Part shown: piece by piece, positions 1-9,660 of the stretch
How the letters are laid out: each line of letters opens with the position of its first letter
How positions within the stretch are numbered: the stretch's first letter is position 1
Origin: an uncultured Candidatus Rokubacteria bacterium
GTDB lineage: Bacteria; Methylomirabilota; Methylomirabilia; Rokubacteriales; CSP1-6
NCBI GenBank assembly: GCA_963789955.1
Contig: CAWBMV010000015.1
Location: 32,001-96,000 of the forward strand
Length of the DNA stretch: 64,000 bases
Direction: 5' to 3'
Notes under the pieces: generated by a model
What the model was told of the DNA's origin: nothing
The model's database searches: none
Seen by the model: the letters and a program-made list of their open reading frames with translations, nothing else
Translations under genes and position numbers: made by a program

Positions 1-20
1 AAGGTTCGCTCCGACGGATC

Positions 21-314
21 ATGTCGACGATCGTCATTCGCCGAAAGCACGACCTGGGACTCGCGAAGGCCAAGCGTCTCGCCGAGAGTGTTGCCCGGCA
101 GTTACAGGGCGATTACGGCGGGTCTTTCACCTGGAAAGGCGCCGATCTCCACTTCAAGACGACCGGGGCATCTGGCTCGGTGGCCGTGACGAAGGCCGGC
201 TTCCAGGTGCGCGTGGAGCTCGGCTTGCTGCTGAGCCCGCTACGCTCGCGAATCGAGCGCGAGATCGTCACCTTCTGCGACGAGCACTTCGGCGAAATCG
301 CCCGACCAAAGTGA
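21..314 (+). CDS. Polyhydroxyalkanoic acid system (PHA granule region) family protein
   Basis: 97 aa with the I.IRR.H.LG..A start, W.GD.L.F...GASG and V.LG.LL.PL...IE.EI pattern typical of the family. Confidence 0.8.
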   Translation: MSTIVIRRKHDLGLAKAKRLAESVARQLQGDYGGSFTWKGADLHFKTTGASGSVAVTKAGFQVRVELGLLLSPLRSRIEREIVTFCDEHFGEIARPK

Positions 315-367
315 CAAACGGAACTTTTGGACTGGCTCCTCAATTTTCTCCGTTGGGGGTGGTGAGT

Positions 368-862
368 ATGCGATTTCTGAGTGCGTTCCTGCTCATCGCG
401 GTGGTTCTGGGTACGGCAGGGCCTATCGGAGCCGACGGGAGCTCGGAGCCGAGCAAGTCGGCGTCCCAGGGTAATCCCACGTACGTCGCGGGGGTGAGTG
501 CCGTCAAGCGTGGCGACTATCCGGCGGCGATCCGTCTCTTCCAGGAGGTGGTCGCGAAGGACGACCAGAACGCGGACGCATACAACTGGCTCGCCTACAG
601 CACTCGTAAGAGCGGTGACGCGGCGAAGGCGATCCCGATCTACGAGAAGGCTCTGGCCATCAATCCCAAGCACCGGGGCGCTCACGAATACATCGGCGAG
701 GCTTTCCTCGTGCTGGGCGATCTTCCCAAGGCGAAGGAGCATCTCGCCGTGCTCGACAAGCTGTGCTTGTTGCCCTGCGAGGAGTACTCCGACTTGAAGA
801 AGGCCGTCCGGGACTACGAGAGCAGCGGCGGCCGGGTCAAGCCGGTGAGCACGTCCAACTGA
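368..862 (+). CDS. Exported tetratricopeptide-repeat protein
   Basis: Signal-like N-terminus MRFLSAFLLIAVVLG; TPR helices (NADAYNWLAY, YEKALAINPKHRGAHEYIGEAF); C-terminal LCLLPCEEY. Confidence 0.8.
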   Translation: MRFLSAFLLIAVVLGTAGPIGADGSSEPSKSASQGNPTYVAGVSAVKRGDYPAAIRLFQEVVAKDDQNADAYNWLAYSTRKSGDAAKAIPIYEKALAINPKHRGAHEYIGEAFLVLGDLPKAKEHLAVLDKLCLLPCEEYSDLKKAVRDYESSGGRVKPVSTSN

Positions 863-1189
863 ACGACTGCGCCTGACGAGCCGCGCTCCTGCATCATCGT
901 GATCAGGAGCGCGGGCCACTCTCCGCCCGAAGGCGCCGAGTCAGGCGCCGCGCCCGAGCGAACACTGTATTTCGGGCATAGCGCCCGAGCCGGTCCGCGG
1001 CAGCCGGCGCACCAGCTGGTGCTCCCTGACGGGGACTCTCCTCGGTTTGACCGACCGGAATTCCACAAAGAAACCGCGCCTTCCATAGTGAAACGCGCCA
1101 ATTGCGACTAGGGCGCCGAGTCGCCGATTTGCCGCGAGTCGACGTTGGTCTTTTGTTTGCAGGATCTCTTCGGCAGGAGGGTGACGACA

Positions 1190-1417
1190 ATGGGTTGGCT
1201 AGACCTGAGCGAGTACAAGCAGATCGACAATGCAGCGCGAGCTCGTGTCGCCGATCTTCTCTCCTCAGCCAGACCGCGACGGCCGAGAAAAGCAGCAGCG
1301 GCACGACGCTCGTCGCTCGCGACCTTGCTCTACGTCACGTCCAGGCTCCGCGCCAGGCCGCGAATGATCGATGGCTACATCGACTACTTCGGCGAACCGG
1401 TGCTGAACCAGGGATAG
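1190..1417 (+). CDS. Small hypothetical protein
   Basis: AGGAGG Shine-Dalgarno at 1175-1180 ahead of ATG 1190; 75 aa; no family recognised. Confidence 0.5.
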   Translation: MGWLDLSEYKQIDNAARARVADLLSSARPRRPRKAAAARRSSLATLLYVTSRLRARPRMIDGYIDYFGEPVLNQG

Positions 1418-1627
1418 CCGCGCGAGAGGCGTGCGATTAGTGCCGGCCGCTGATTCATCCGGGCGGCCGGGTACCCTTGCCCGCATAACTCTCCGATCTT
1501 GAGCTCCGCGTCCGCCAGAAACTAGGTGCGTGGGCGCCGGCGTCGGTCGAATTGGCTACGGGTCGATTTCACGGCGCGCCCATGTCGGTGTCTTGAGAGG
1601 TACGCGCGGGAGTAACGGCGTACCGCG

Positions 1628-2269
1628 ATGCGAACGAGTGAGTCGGGAGGTGATCGACGGATGTCCCACATGTTGGATGCGCAGATCGATAGCGATGCCG
1701 CGCTCGTAGAGGCGCTACGCCGAGACGATCCAGACGCCGCCGATCAGCTTGTCGAGCGTTACGGTGAGCGCCTGTATCGCCTGGCAGCGGGTGTCACCGG
1801 CACGCGCGAGGACGCCGAGGAAGCCACGCAAGTGGCGCTGATGAAGGCGGTTCGAACGATCGAGACGTTCAAGGGAGACTCGAGCTTCGGCGGATGGCTC
1901 GACCGTCTCGCCGCCGGTGTTGCGCATCGCAAGCTGTTGAGGCGGCCGCCGAAGTCCGAGACGGTCGCGCTGGACGACGTGCTGCCCCCGTTCGATCGCG
2001 CCGGCCGACATTTCGAGCCGATGAACGACTGGTCGGGTCGGATCGACGGGTCGGGGCTTCAGGGCGAGTTGCGTCGGGTCATGACCGACGCGATCGACGC
2101 TCTGCCGCCCGACCATCGAACCGCCCTGGTCCTGCACGACGTCGAGGGCATGTCGGACGCCGACATCGCCGAGGTGCTCGGCGTCGGCCCGAGCGCAGTC
2201 CGGGCTCGCGTGCACCGCTCTCGACTGTTCCTGCGCCAACGTCTGTCGAAGCACCTCGACTCGACGTAG
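1628..2269 (+). CDS. ECF-type RNA polymerase sigma-70 factor
   Basis: Region 2 (DAEEATQ...TFKGDSSFGGWL) and region 4 (LPPDHRTALVLHDVEGMS..IAEVLG...VRARVHRSR). Confidence 0.85.
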   Translation: MRTSESGGDRRMSHMLDAQIDSDAALVEALRRDDPDAADQLVERYGERLYRLAAGVTGTREDAEEATQVALMKAVRTIETFKGDSSFGGWLDRLAAGVAHRKLLRRPPKSETVALDDVLPPFDRAGRHFEPMNDWSGRIDGSGLQGELRRVMTDAIDALPPDHRTALVLHDVEGMSDADIAEVLGVGPSAVRARVHRSRLFLRQRLSKHLDST

Positions 2270-2333
2270 TCGCCCCGGGTCGACCCCTCGCCATCTCGAG
2301 ACGTTTCGCGTGGATGGCCGCGATCACGCTCAC

Positions 2334-2360
2334 TGTCGATTCTGGCTGTCCCGGAACGAC
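2334..2360 (+). promoter_or_regulatory. Putative ECF42-type promoter (TGTCGA-N17-CGAC)
   Basis: TGTCGA 2334-2339, 17-nt spacer, CGAC 2357-2360, upstream of the YciI-YciI-sigma operon. Confidence 0.7.
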
Positions 2361-2403
2361 AATCTAGTGTCCGCGGCCATTCGCCGGCGCCGAAGGAGGG
2401 GTC

Positions 2404-2757
2404 ATGAAGTACGTATGCCTGGTCTATCTTGTCGAGCGAGAGATGATCGCGATGTCCAAGGGGGAAGCGGACGCCTGCACCGACGAGAGCTTGGCCTACG
2501 ATGATGCCCTCAGGAGGGCCGGGCACCTTGTCGTTGCCCACGCGCTGCAGCCGGTCGAGGCTGCCACCACTGTCAGGGTTCGGAACGGCAAGCTCTCCAC
2601 GACGGACGGCCCCTTCGCCGAAACGAAAGAACAGCTGGGCGGGTTCATTCTGATCGAGGCACGGGACCTGAACGAGGCCATCCAGGTGGCGGCGAAGATC
2701 CCGCTGGCCCGGCGTGGCAGCATCGAGGTACGACCGATCAGAGAGATCAGGCCCTGA
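2404..2757 (+). CDS. YciI/DGPF family protein
   Basis: TDGPFAETKEQLGGF motif and IEVRP end. Confidence 0.92.
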   Translation: MKYVCLVYLVEREMIAMSKGEADACTDESLAYDDALRRAGHLVVAHALQPVEAATTVRVRNGKLSTTDGPFAETKEQLGGFILIEARDLNEAIQVAAKIPLARRGSIEVRPIREIRP

Positions 2758-2768
2758 GGAGAACGTTC

Positions 2769-3125
2769 ATGAAATTCATGTTCATGATCTATCACGACGA
2801 GAATGTGCTGGACGCGCTGCCGAAGGGCGAGATGCAGGCCCTCATCGACTCGGCCCTCGACTACGACGATGAGATCCGGGAGAGCGGCCACTACATCGTT
2901 TCGGACGCCCTGGAATCCTCTCGGACGGCCCGGACCATCCGGGTCCGCGGCGGCAAGGTCTCCACGACCGACGGCCCCTTCGCCGAGACGAAGGAGCAGC
3001 TCGGTGGGTTCTTCCTCATCGAGGCCAAGGACATCGACGAGGCGTGCGAGGTCGCCTCGCGGTTCCCGCCGGCGCGGGTCGGCATCATCGAAGTCCGCCC
3101 GGTGAGGGAGCTGACGCACTCCTAG
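2769..3125 (+). CDS. YciI/DGPF family protein (second paralogue)
   Basis: TDGPFAETKEQLGGF motif and IEVRP end. Confidence 0.92.
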   Translation: MKFMFMIYHDENVLDALPKGEMQALIDSALDYDDEIRESGHYIVSDALESSRTARTIRVRGGKVSTTDGPFAETKEQLGGFFLIEAKDIDEACEVASRFPPARVGIIEVRPVRELTHS

Positions 3126-3140
3126 CCGCGACACCCGGTC

Positions 3141-4394
3141 ATGAATGAGCCAACAGTCGACCACGCCCGCGAGGCGGTGGACGCGATCTATCGGTCCGAA
3201 TCACGGCGCGTCCTGGCCACGCTCATCCGTCTGCTCGGTGGCTTCGATCTCGCTGAAGAGGCGCTGCACGAAGCCTTCGCCGCCGCGGTCGAGCAATGGC
3301 CGCGCGAGGGTACGCCGGCCAATCCGCGGGCGTGGCTCGTTTCGACCGGGCGCTTCAAGGCCATCGACGCCATGCGTCGGCGCGCGCGGTTCGACGCCTC
3401 GGAGGCGGAGCTGGCCGAGCGGCTCGAGGCGGAAACCACTCGCACCATGCCGGGAGAGGCTCAGGACATCGAGGACGACCGGCTCCGCTTGATCTTCACC
3501 TGCTGCCATCCGGCCCTGCCGCCGGACGCGCAGGTCGCATTGACCCTGCGCGAGGTCTGCGGGCTGACGACCGAGGAGATCGCGCGCGCCTTTCTCGCCG
3601 CACCACCTACGCTCGCCCAGCGCATCGTCCGCGCCAAGGGGAAGATCCGCGACGCGCGCATCCCCTATGAGATCCCCGCGCTGCCCGAGCTGCCGGATCG
3701 ATTGGACGCGGTCCTGCACGTCATCTACCTGGTCTTCAACGAGGGCTACTCGGCCTCGTCAGGCGGGTCACTGACGCGGGCCGATCTCTCCGGCGAGGCC
3801 ATTCGCCTGGGACGACTCCTGGTCGAGCTGCTCCCGGAGCCCGAGGCCCTGGGCCTGCTGGCGCTGATGCTGCTCCACGAGTCACGCCGCGTCGCGCGCA
3901 CCTCGTCGAGCGGCGAGCTGATCCTGTTGGACGATCAGGACCGTTCGCTCTGGGATCGGGCTCACATCGCCGAGGGCAACGCGCTCGTGCAACGGGCGCT
4001 CGCATCTCGACGGATCGGTCCGTACACCCTCCAGGCCGCGATCGCGTCGGTGCACGCGGAGGCGCCCGCCGCCGCGGCGACCGACTGGACGCAGATCGTC
4101 GGCCTCTACGACGTGCTGATGCGGGCGTCTCCATCGCCGGTGGTCGAGCTCAACCGCGCGGTCGCCGTCGCGATGCGCGACGGACCCATGGCGGGTCTGG
4201 CTCTCATCGACACGATCCTGGGGCGCGGCGACCTCGCCGACTATCCGCTGGCGCACTCCGCGCGCGCCGACCTGTGCCGGAGGCTCGGAAAGAGCGGTGA
4301 TGCCCGCGCCTCCTACGAACGGGCGCTGAGCCTCACGCGGCAGGAGCCGCAACGACGTTTTCTCGAGCGACGCCTGGCCGAGCTCGGCGACTGA
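3141..4394 (+). CDS. ECF42-type sigma factor with C-terminal TPR-containing extension
   Basis: 417 aa; [40 protein letters not shown] motifs; DGPF genes directly upstream. Confidence 0.92.
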   Translation: MNEPTVDHAREAVDAIYRSESRRVLATLIRLLGGFDLAEEALHEAFAAAVEQWPREGTPANPRAWLVSTGRFKAIDAMRRRARFDASEAELAERLEAETTRTMPGEAQDIEDDRLRLIFTCCHPALPPDAQVALTLREVCGLTTEEIARAFLAAPPTLAQRIVRAKGKIRDARIPYEIPALPELPDRLDAVLHVIYLVFNEGYSASSGGSLTRADLSGEAIRLGRLLVELLPEPEALGLLALMLLHESRRVARTSSSGELILLDDQDRSLWDRAHIAEGNALVQRALASRRIGPYTLQAAIASVHAEAPAAAATDWTQIVGLYDVLMRASPSPVVELNRAVAVAMRDGPMAGLALIDTILGRGDLADYPLAHSARADLCRRLGKSGDARASYERALSLTRQEPQRRFLERRLAELGD

Positions 4395-4718
4395 CTCACC
4401 CGACGAGGTCGTGCTCGATCGCGTCCTCCGAGTTCTCGCTCGGCTTCGCGCGCTCTCTTCTCCGCCGCCACATATCTGGCTTCGGCCGTTCTGGAACTCC
4501 GTGGATTCGACGGAACTCCTCGGCTGGCACGACCCGTATTACGCGACCCAGTCCGTCGAGGATCGTCACGGGCGCCGCGCTCTCCTCTTCGGCGACTCGG
4601 TCTCCGATCCTGCTGAGCTCATCGACGTTCCCCCTTCTAGGTGCTCTTCGCGGCCTTTGGATGCGCCCATCCCGGGCATCGGTTCTCGCTCCCCGTACTT
4701 GGCAGGTAGCGGCCGGAA

Positions 4719-4745
4719 TGTCGATCGCGACCCGGCTCGTTCGAC
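4719..4745 (+). promoter_or_regulatory. Second putative ECF42-type promoter (TGTCGA-N17-CGAC)
   Basis: TGTCGA 4719-4724, 17-nt spacer, CGAC 4742-4745, 80 bp upstream of the DUF899 gene. Confidence 0.65.
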
Positions 4746-4824
4746 GATAGAGCGGGGAAGCCGTTTACGCCGCGTGGGTCGGCGAGGGCAGTAACGATCC
4801 GAAACGAGAGCAGACGAGAGCGTG

Positions 4825-5632
4825 ATGGACAGCCCAAGGATCGTCTCGCACGCAGAATGGCTCGAAGCTCGTAAGGCGCCGTGGTGACGGAAAAGGAGCT
4901 CACGAGGTTCCGCGACCGGTTGGCCGCCGAGCGTCGTGCGCTGCCGTGGGTGAAGGTGGAAAAGCGGTACGTCTTCGACGCGCGTCAGGGCAAGGTGACG
5001 TTGGCCGATCTGTTCGACGGACGCAGCCAGCTCTTCGTCAAGCATTTCATGATGGGGCCCGGCCAAGCGACTCAGTGCGTCGGGTGTTCCCTCGAGGTGG
5101 ACCATGTCGAGGGGCTCCTTGGGCATCTGCAGAACCACGACGTGTCGTACGCCGTCGGTGGCGCGCGCGCCGATAGCGGAGATCGAAACCGTCCGTGAGC
5201 GTATGGGATGGCGCTTCACGTGGGTGTCGTCGTATCACTCCGAGTTCAACTATGACTTCCACGTCTCGTTCACGCCCCAGCAGATCGCGACGGGCCGCGC
5301 TCTTCTACAACTACGAATACGTGAACCCCGGGCTCGAGGACCTGTCGGGCGACAGCGTCTTCGTCAGGGACGAGGCCGGCCAGATCTTCCACACGTATTC
5401 CACGTATGGGCGCGGCGGCGAGGAGTTCCTCGGCATCTACCGATATCTCGATGCGACACCAAGAGGGCGCGACGAGAATGGCCCGTACAACACGCTCGCG
5501 GACTGGGTGCGGCCGAGGAACATGTACGGCAAGGGCGGCTTGGTGGAGGGAAGCGGGCGCTATCACCAGCCGGCCTGCGGTTGCCGCGTTCCTGCCGAAT
5601 CCGGGACTCGAAGTGAGCCATCAAATAGATAG
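4825..5632 (+). CDS. DUF899 thioredoxin-like protein (frameshifted in this sequence)
   Basis: EWLEARK, RRALPWV, LADLFDGRSQL, CVGCS, MGW.FTWVSS, FHTYSTYGRG, LD.TP.GR.E found across three frames. Confidence 0.85.
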
Positions 5633-5655
5633 GCGGAGCACACAGGGAGCTGAAT

Positions 5656-6159
5656 GTGGTGGAGATGATCGGAACGTGGACGCCATGGGCGGCGTTCGTA
5701 GTGTTCGTCCTGGTCCTCGCGAACCAGGCGGGCGTCCCGATTCCCGCCACGCCGTCGTTGCTAGCGGCCGGCGCACTGGCGGCCGGCGGCAGGTTGAGCT
5801 TCAGCGTGATCCTTGCGGCCGCGGTCGCGGCCGCGCTGAGCGCCGACCTCGTGTGGTACGGCCTGGGACGCTGGCGGGGTGCTCAGACGTTGGCGGTTCT
5901 CCGGCGACGCATGAAACCGCACGCGTGGATCGACTGGGTCGAGAGCCTTTTCCTGACCCATCGTTTCGGGGTTTTGTTTGGCGCCCGATTCTTGCCGGAG
6001 CTGAATCCAGTCGGAGCTGGGCTGGCCGGCGCCACCGGGGTGGGGCCCGCACACTTCTTGCTGTCTGCGTCTGGGAGCGCGCTCGTCTGGGCCGGTGCCT
6101 GGGCCGGTGCCGGCTACTTGTTGACCGAGGCAACCGCCCTTCTTCGACTGAGCAGGTGA
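5656..6159 (+). CDS. DedA/VTT family membrane protein
   Basis: NQAGVPIPA..LLAAG, AD..WY.LGR, ARFLP motifs. Confidence 0.85.
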   Translation: MVEMIGTWTPWAAFVVFVLVLANQAGVPIPATPSLLAAGALAAGGRLSFSVILAAAVAAALSADLVWYGLGRWRGAQTLAVLRRRMKPHAWIDWVESLFLTHRFGVLFGARFLPELNPVGAGLAGATGVGPAHFLLSASGSALVWAGAWAGAGYLLTEATALLRLSR

Positions 6160-6193
6160 TATCGCCGAAGAGGTCTTGCCTCAGAAGCGAACG

Positions 6194-7363
6194 TCAGGAC
6201 CTGCCTAGCCGCGCAGGCGCGGCGAGTGGTGCAGAGGCGGCGCTGGGCCACGCGGCCGCGTCGGCGCGACGTGCGGCGAGCGTCGCCTTCAGATTCAGCA
6301 CGGGCTGTTCGATGTAGCGGAAGGACGCCGCCGCCAATGCAAACGTCACGAGCCACGCGAGCAGCACCGCCATCGGATGGGCCTCGGGTTTCCACAACGG
6401 ACCGGCCACGTAGAACACCGGGTAGTGCCAGAGGTAGAGCGCATAGGAGCGCCGGCCGAGCCACGTGAGCGGCGCCCAGCCCAGCAGATCGCCGCACGGC
6501 GACGACGGCAACAGCGCCGCAACGATGACGACGGCGGACGCCACGGCAGCCCAGGTGCTGACGCTCGCGAGCACGTAGTCCACCGGGAAGTGCGCGCGCA
6601 CGATGAGGCCGAGCAGCGCGAGGCCCGCCAGCACGCCGAGCACGTTCCACACGACGACGGCGCGGCGCGTGCGGCGAAAGAGCTGCGAGGCGCAGAAGAT
6701 CCCGAGCGCGCAACCGACGAGCACCGGGTCGGCGTGGGCGTCGAGTCCGACGTAGATCCGCGCCATCCCCGTCGGCGTGCTCATGATCGTGAACCGATAG
6801 GCCACTGCGAGTCCCACGGCGGCCACCACGATGAGCAAGAGCGCCCAGCGGCGGCGGACCATGCGACCCAGGAGCAGCAGGACCGGGGGCCAGATCGCGT
6901 AGAACTGCTCCTCGACCGCCAGCGACCAGGCGTGACCGAGCAATCCCTGGGGTAGTCCATAGACGATCGCCCAGTTCGCCGTGCAGAAGATGACGGACAA
7001 TACGAACCCCACCGTTCCGAGACTCGGATCCCACACGATCATCGCGCCGCCGGCGATCACCACCAGCGGTGCGAGCGCCGGCAGCAGACGCAGGGCTCGT
7101 CGCACGTAGAACGCGCGGAAGGACACGTGACCGGTCGATGCGAGCTCATCGAGCAGCAAGCTCGTGATGAGAAAGCCACTGAGCACGAAGAACATGTCGA
7201 CGCCGAGGAAGCCGCCGGTCAGAATGCCCGTGTTATAGAGCATGACCGCCAGGATGGAAACGCCGCGAAAGCCGTCGAGGGCCGGCCGGTAGCCTAGCCG
7301 GAAGCTCCGGCGTTCTGACAAGATCGGGCCAGAAGCGCATGACTGACTGGCGTATTCCGCCAC
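6194..7363 (-). CDS. Acyltransferase family 3 (OafA/OatA-like) membrane O-acyltransferase
   Basis: YRPALDGFRG, GFLGVDMFFVLSGFLIT, HAWSLAVEEQFY, SYALYLWHYP; GTG start at 7363 after GGAGG. Confidence 0.92.
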   Translation of the reverse strand: MAEYASQSCASGPILSERRSFRLGYRPALDGFRGVSILAVMLYNTGILTGGFLGVDMFFVLSGFLITSLLLDELASTGHVSFRAFYVRRALRLLPALAPLVVIAGGAMIVWDPSLGTVGFVLSVIFCTANWAIVYGLPQGLLGHAWSLAVEEQFYAIWPPVLLLLGRMVRRRWALLLIVVAAVGLAVAYRFTIMSTPTGMARIYVGLDAHADPVLVGCALGIFCASQLFRRTRRAVVVWNVLGVLAGLALLGLIVRAHFPVDYVLASVSTWAAVASAVVIVAALLPSSPCGDLLGWAPLTWLGRRSYALYLWHYPVFYVAGPLWKPEAHPMAVLLAWLVTFALAAASFRYIEQPVLNLKATLAARRADAAAWPSAASAPLAAPARLGRS

Positions 7364-7369
7364 TTCGCC

Positions 7370-7390
7370 CCTCCGTCTACTAGACGGAGG
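7370..7390. promoter_or_regulatory. Inverted repeat overlapping the acyltransferase RBS
   Basis: CCTCCGTCTA-C-TAGACGGAGG, perfect 10-bp arms. Confidence 0.55.
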
Positions 7391-7454
7391 CAAACCCTGG
7401 GCCAGCATCCACGGCGCCGCCGGCCGTCTACCCCTACGGCGTACGAGCGTGAAA

Positions 7455-7545
7455 CGCGCGCGCGGCGGTCGACGTCGACCAGATGGCCCTTCCACTTGCG
7501 GATCTTGCCCGCGACGATCACGGTCTCGACGTTGGTGCGCAGGCG
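7455..7545 (-). pseudogene. Remnant of an amidohydrolase-family C-terminus
   Basis: Minus-strand peptide RTNVETVIVAGKIRKWKGHLVDVD resembles the final strands of TRZ/ATZ-like amidohydrolases; rest of gene absent. Confidence 0.5.
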
Positions 7546-7634
7546 CTCATAGCGCTGTTTCGGATTCGGATCCCCGGCTGTGATGACGAGCGGCCCGACG
7601 TTCACACGTCGGGCCGCTCCCGACACCTCGGGTA

Positions 7635-8886
7635 CTACGACAGCTTCGGCCAGACCGCCTTGGCGACGGCGATGCTTTCGGGATGCACGGCGACCGGGCG
7701 GCCCTTCTGCCACTGCACGATGCAGAGCTCGGCGCCGACGCGGCGGCCGTTGTCGTCGTACTTCACGCGGCCGTCGGGGAAGAGCTTCGCCGGCCCGTCC
7801 TTGAGGTCGATCTTGTGCATCATCTCGCCCAGCTTCTTGCGATCGGTGGACGCCGTCCGCTCCAGCGCCTCCTTGAAGATCATCACGTGCGCGTACGGGA
7901 AGATCGAGTCGTGGCCGAACCAGGGCTCGTTGGTCTTGGCCATGAAGCGCTTCTCGAGATCGCCGATATCCTTGCCCGGCCAGTTGGCCAGCCCCACGAT
8001 CATGCCCTCCAGATGCTCCTTGCCGGCGATCTTCATCAGCTCCGGCACCGTCCAGTGACCGCCGCCGCCGACCAGCGGCACCGTGCTGGCGGTGATGCCG
8101 CGCTCCGCGAACTTGTCGAGCAGGAGCTTGTCGTCGCCGACGTTCGTCGACTGGCACACGATGAAGTCCGGACGGCCGGAGCGGATCTTCTGCACCAGGG
8201 TTGTCGCGTCGGCGAGCGGCGGCGTGTAGACTTCGTCGGCCACGATCGTCAGGCCCAGGTCCTTCGCCACGTGATCGCGAATCGGCTTCATGAAGCTGAC
8301 CGCGGCGGCCGAGTTGTCGCCGACGAACGCCACCTTCGTCGGGCGCCCGCTCCCGGCCTTGGCCGCCAGGTCGACGACGCGCGGCAGCAGCGCGCTGGCC
8401 TGCGCGTCTCGCGGTCGGCGCCGACTGGAAGATGTACTTGAAGCCGCGTCCGGTGATCAGGTCGGAGTAGGAGAGCGTGAGCCACGGCAGCTCCGCGCGC
8501 TCGGTCACCTCGGTCACCGCGAGCGTGAAGCTCGACAGCCAGCAGCCGATGCCGCCGACCACGTCGGGCTCTTGCGCCACCAGCCGCTGCGCGGCGTTCT
8601 TGGCCTTCTCCGCGCTGTCCCCGGTGTCGTAGAGGACCAGCTTCAGCTTGGCCCCACCGAGGGCTTTGACGCCGCCGCTCTTGTTCACGTCCTCGATCGC
8701 CAGCTCGGCGCCCATCTGCTCCAGGATGCCCTGGCGCGCCCACGGACCGGACAGCGGGACGACCAGCGCGATCTTCACCTCTTTCGGGTTCTGCGCGCGC
8801 GCGCGACGTGGCGCGAGCGCCGTGGCGGCACCGGCGAGTCCAATCTTGATCGCGGTCCGACGTCCAAACGGCGTCAGCGTGCTCAT
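7635..8886 (-). CDS. Branched-chain amino acid-type (LivK/PBP1) ABC substrate-binding protein, Tat-like signal, frameshift near 8410
   Basis: GRRTAI signal; VKIALVVPLSG..A..G, AIEDVN..GGV; two ORF pieces join. Confidence 0.88.
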
Positions 8887-8928
8887 GCCTATCATCTCCC
8901 GTGTGGTTGCGATTCCATGGTGGTCGCT

Positions 8929-9645
<717 letters not shown>

Positions 9646-9660
9646 GCGGCGCGTCCGGCG

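Noticed and set aside
1545..1590. GGTCGA repeats upstream of the first ECF gene as an ECF42 promoter
   Set aside because: Mismatch in the -35 and no correctly spaced CG(A/T)C.
4411..4794. 127-aa ORF between the sigma factor and DUF899
   Set aside because: No recognisable family and it overlaps the predicted promoter; a shorter real peptide cannot be excluded.
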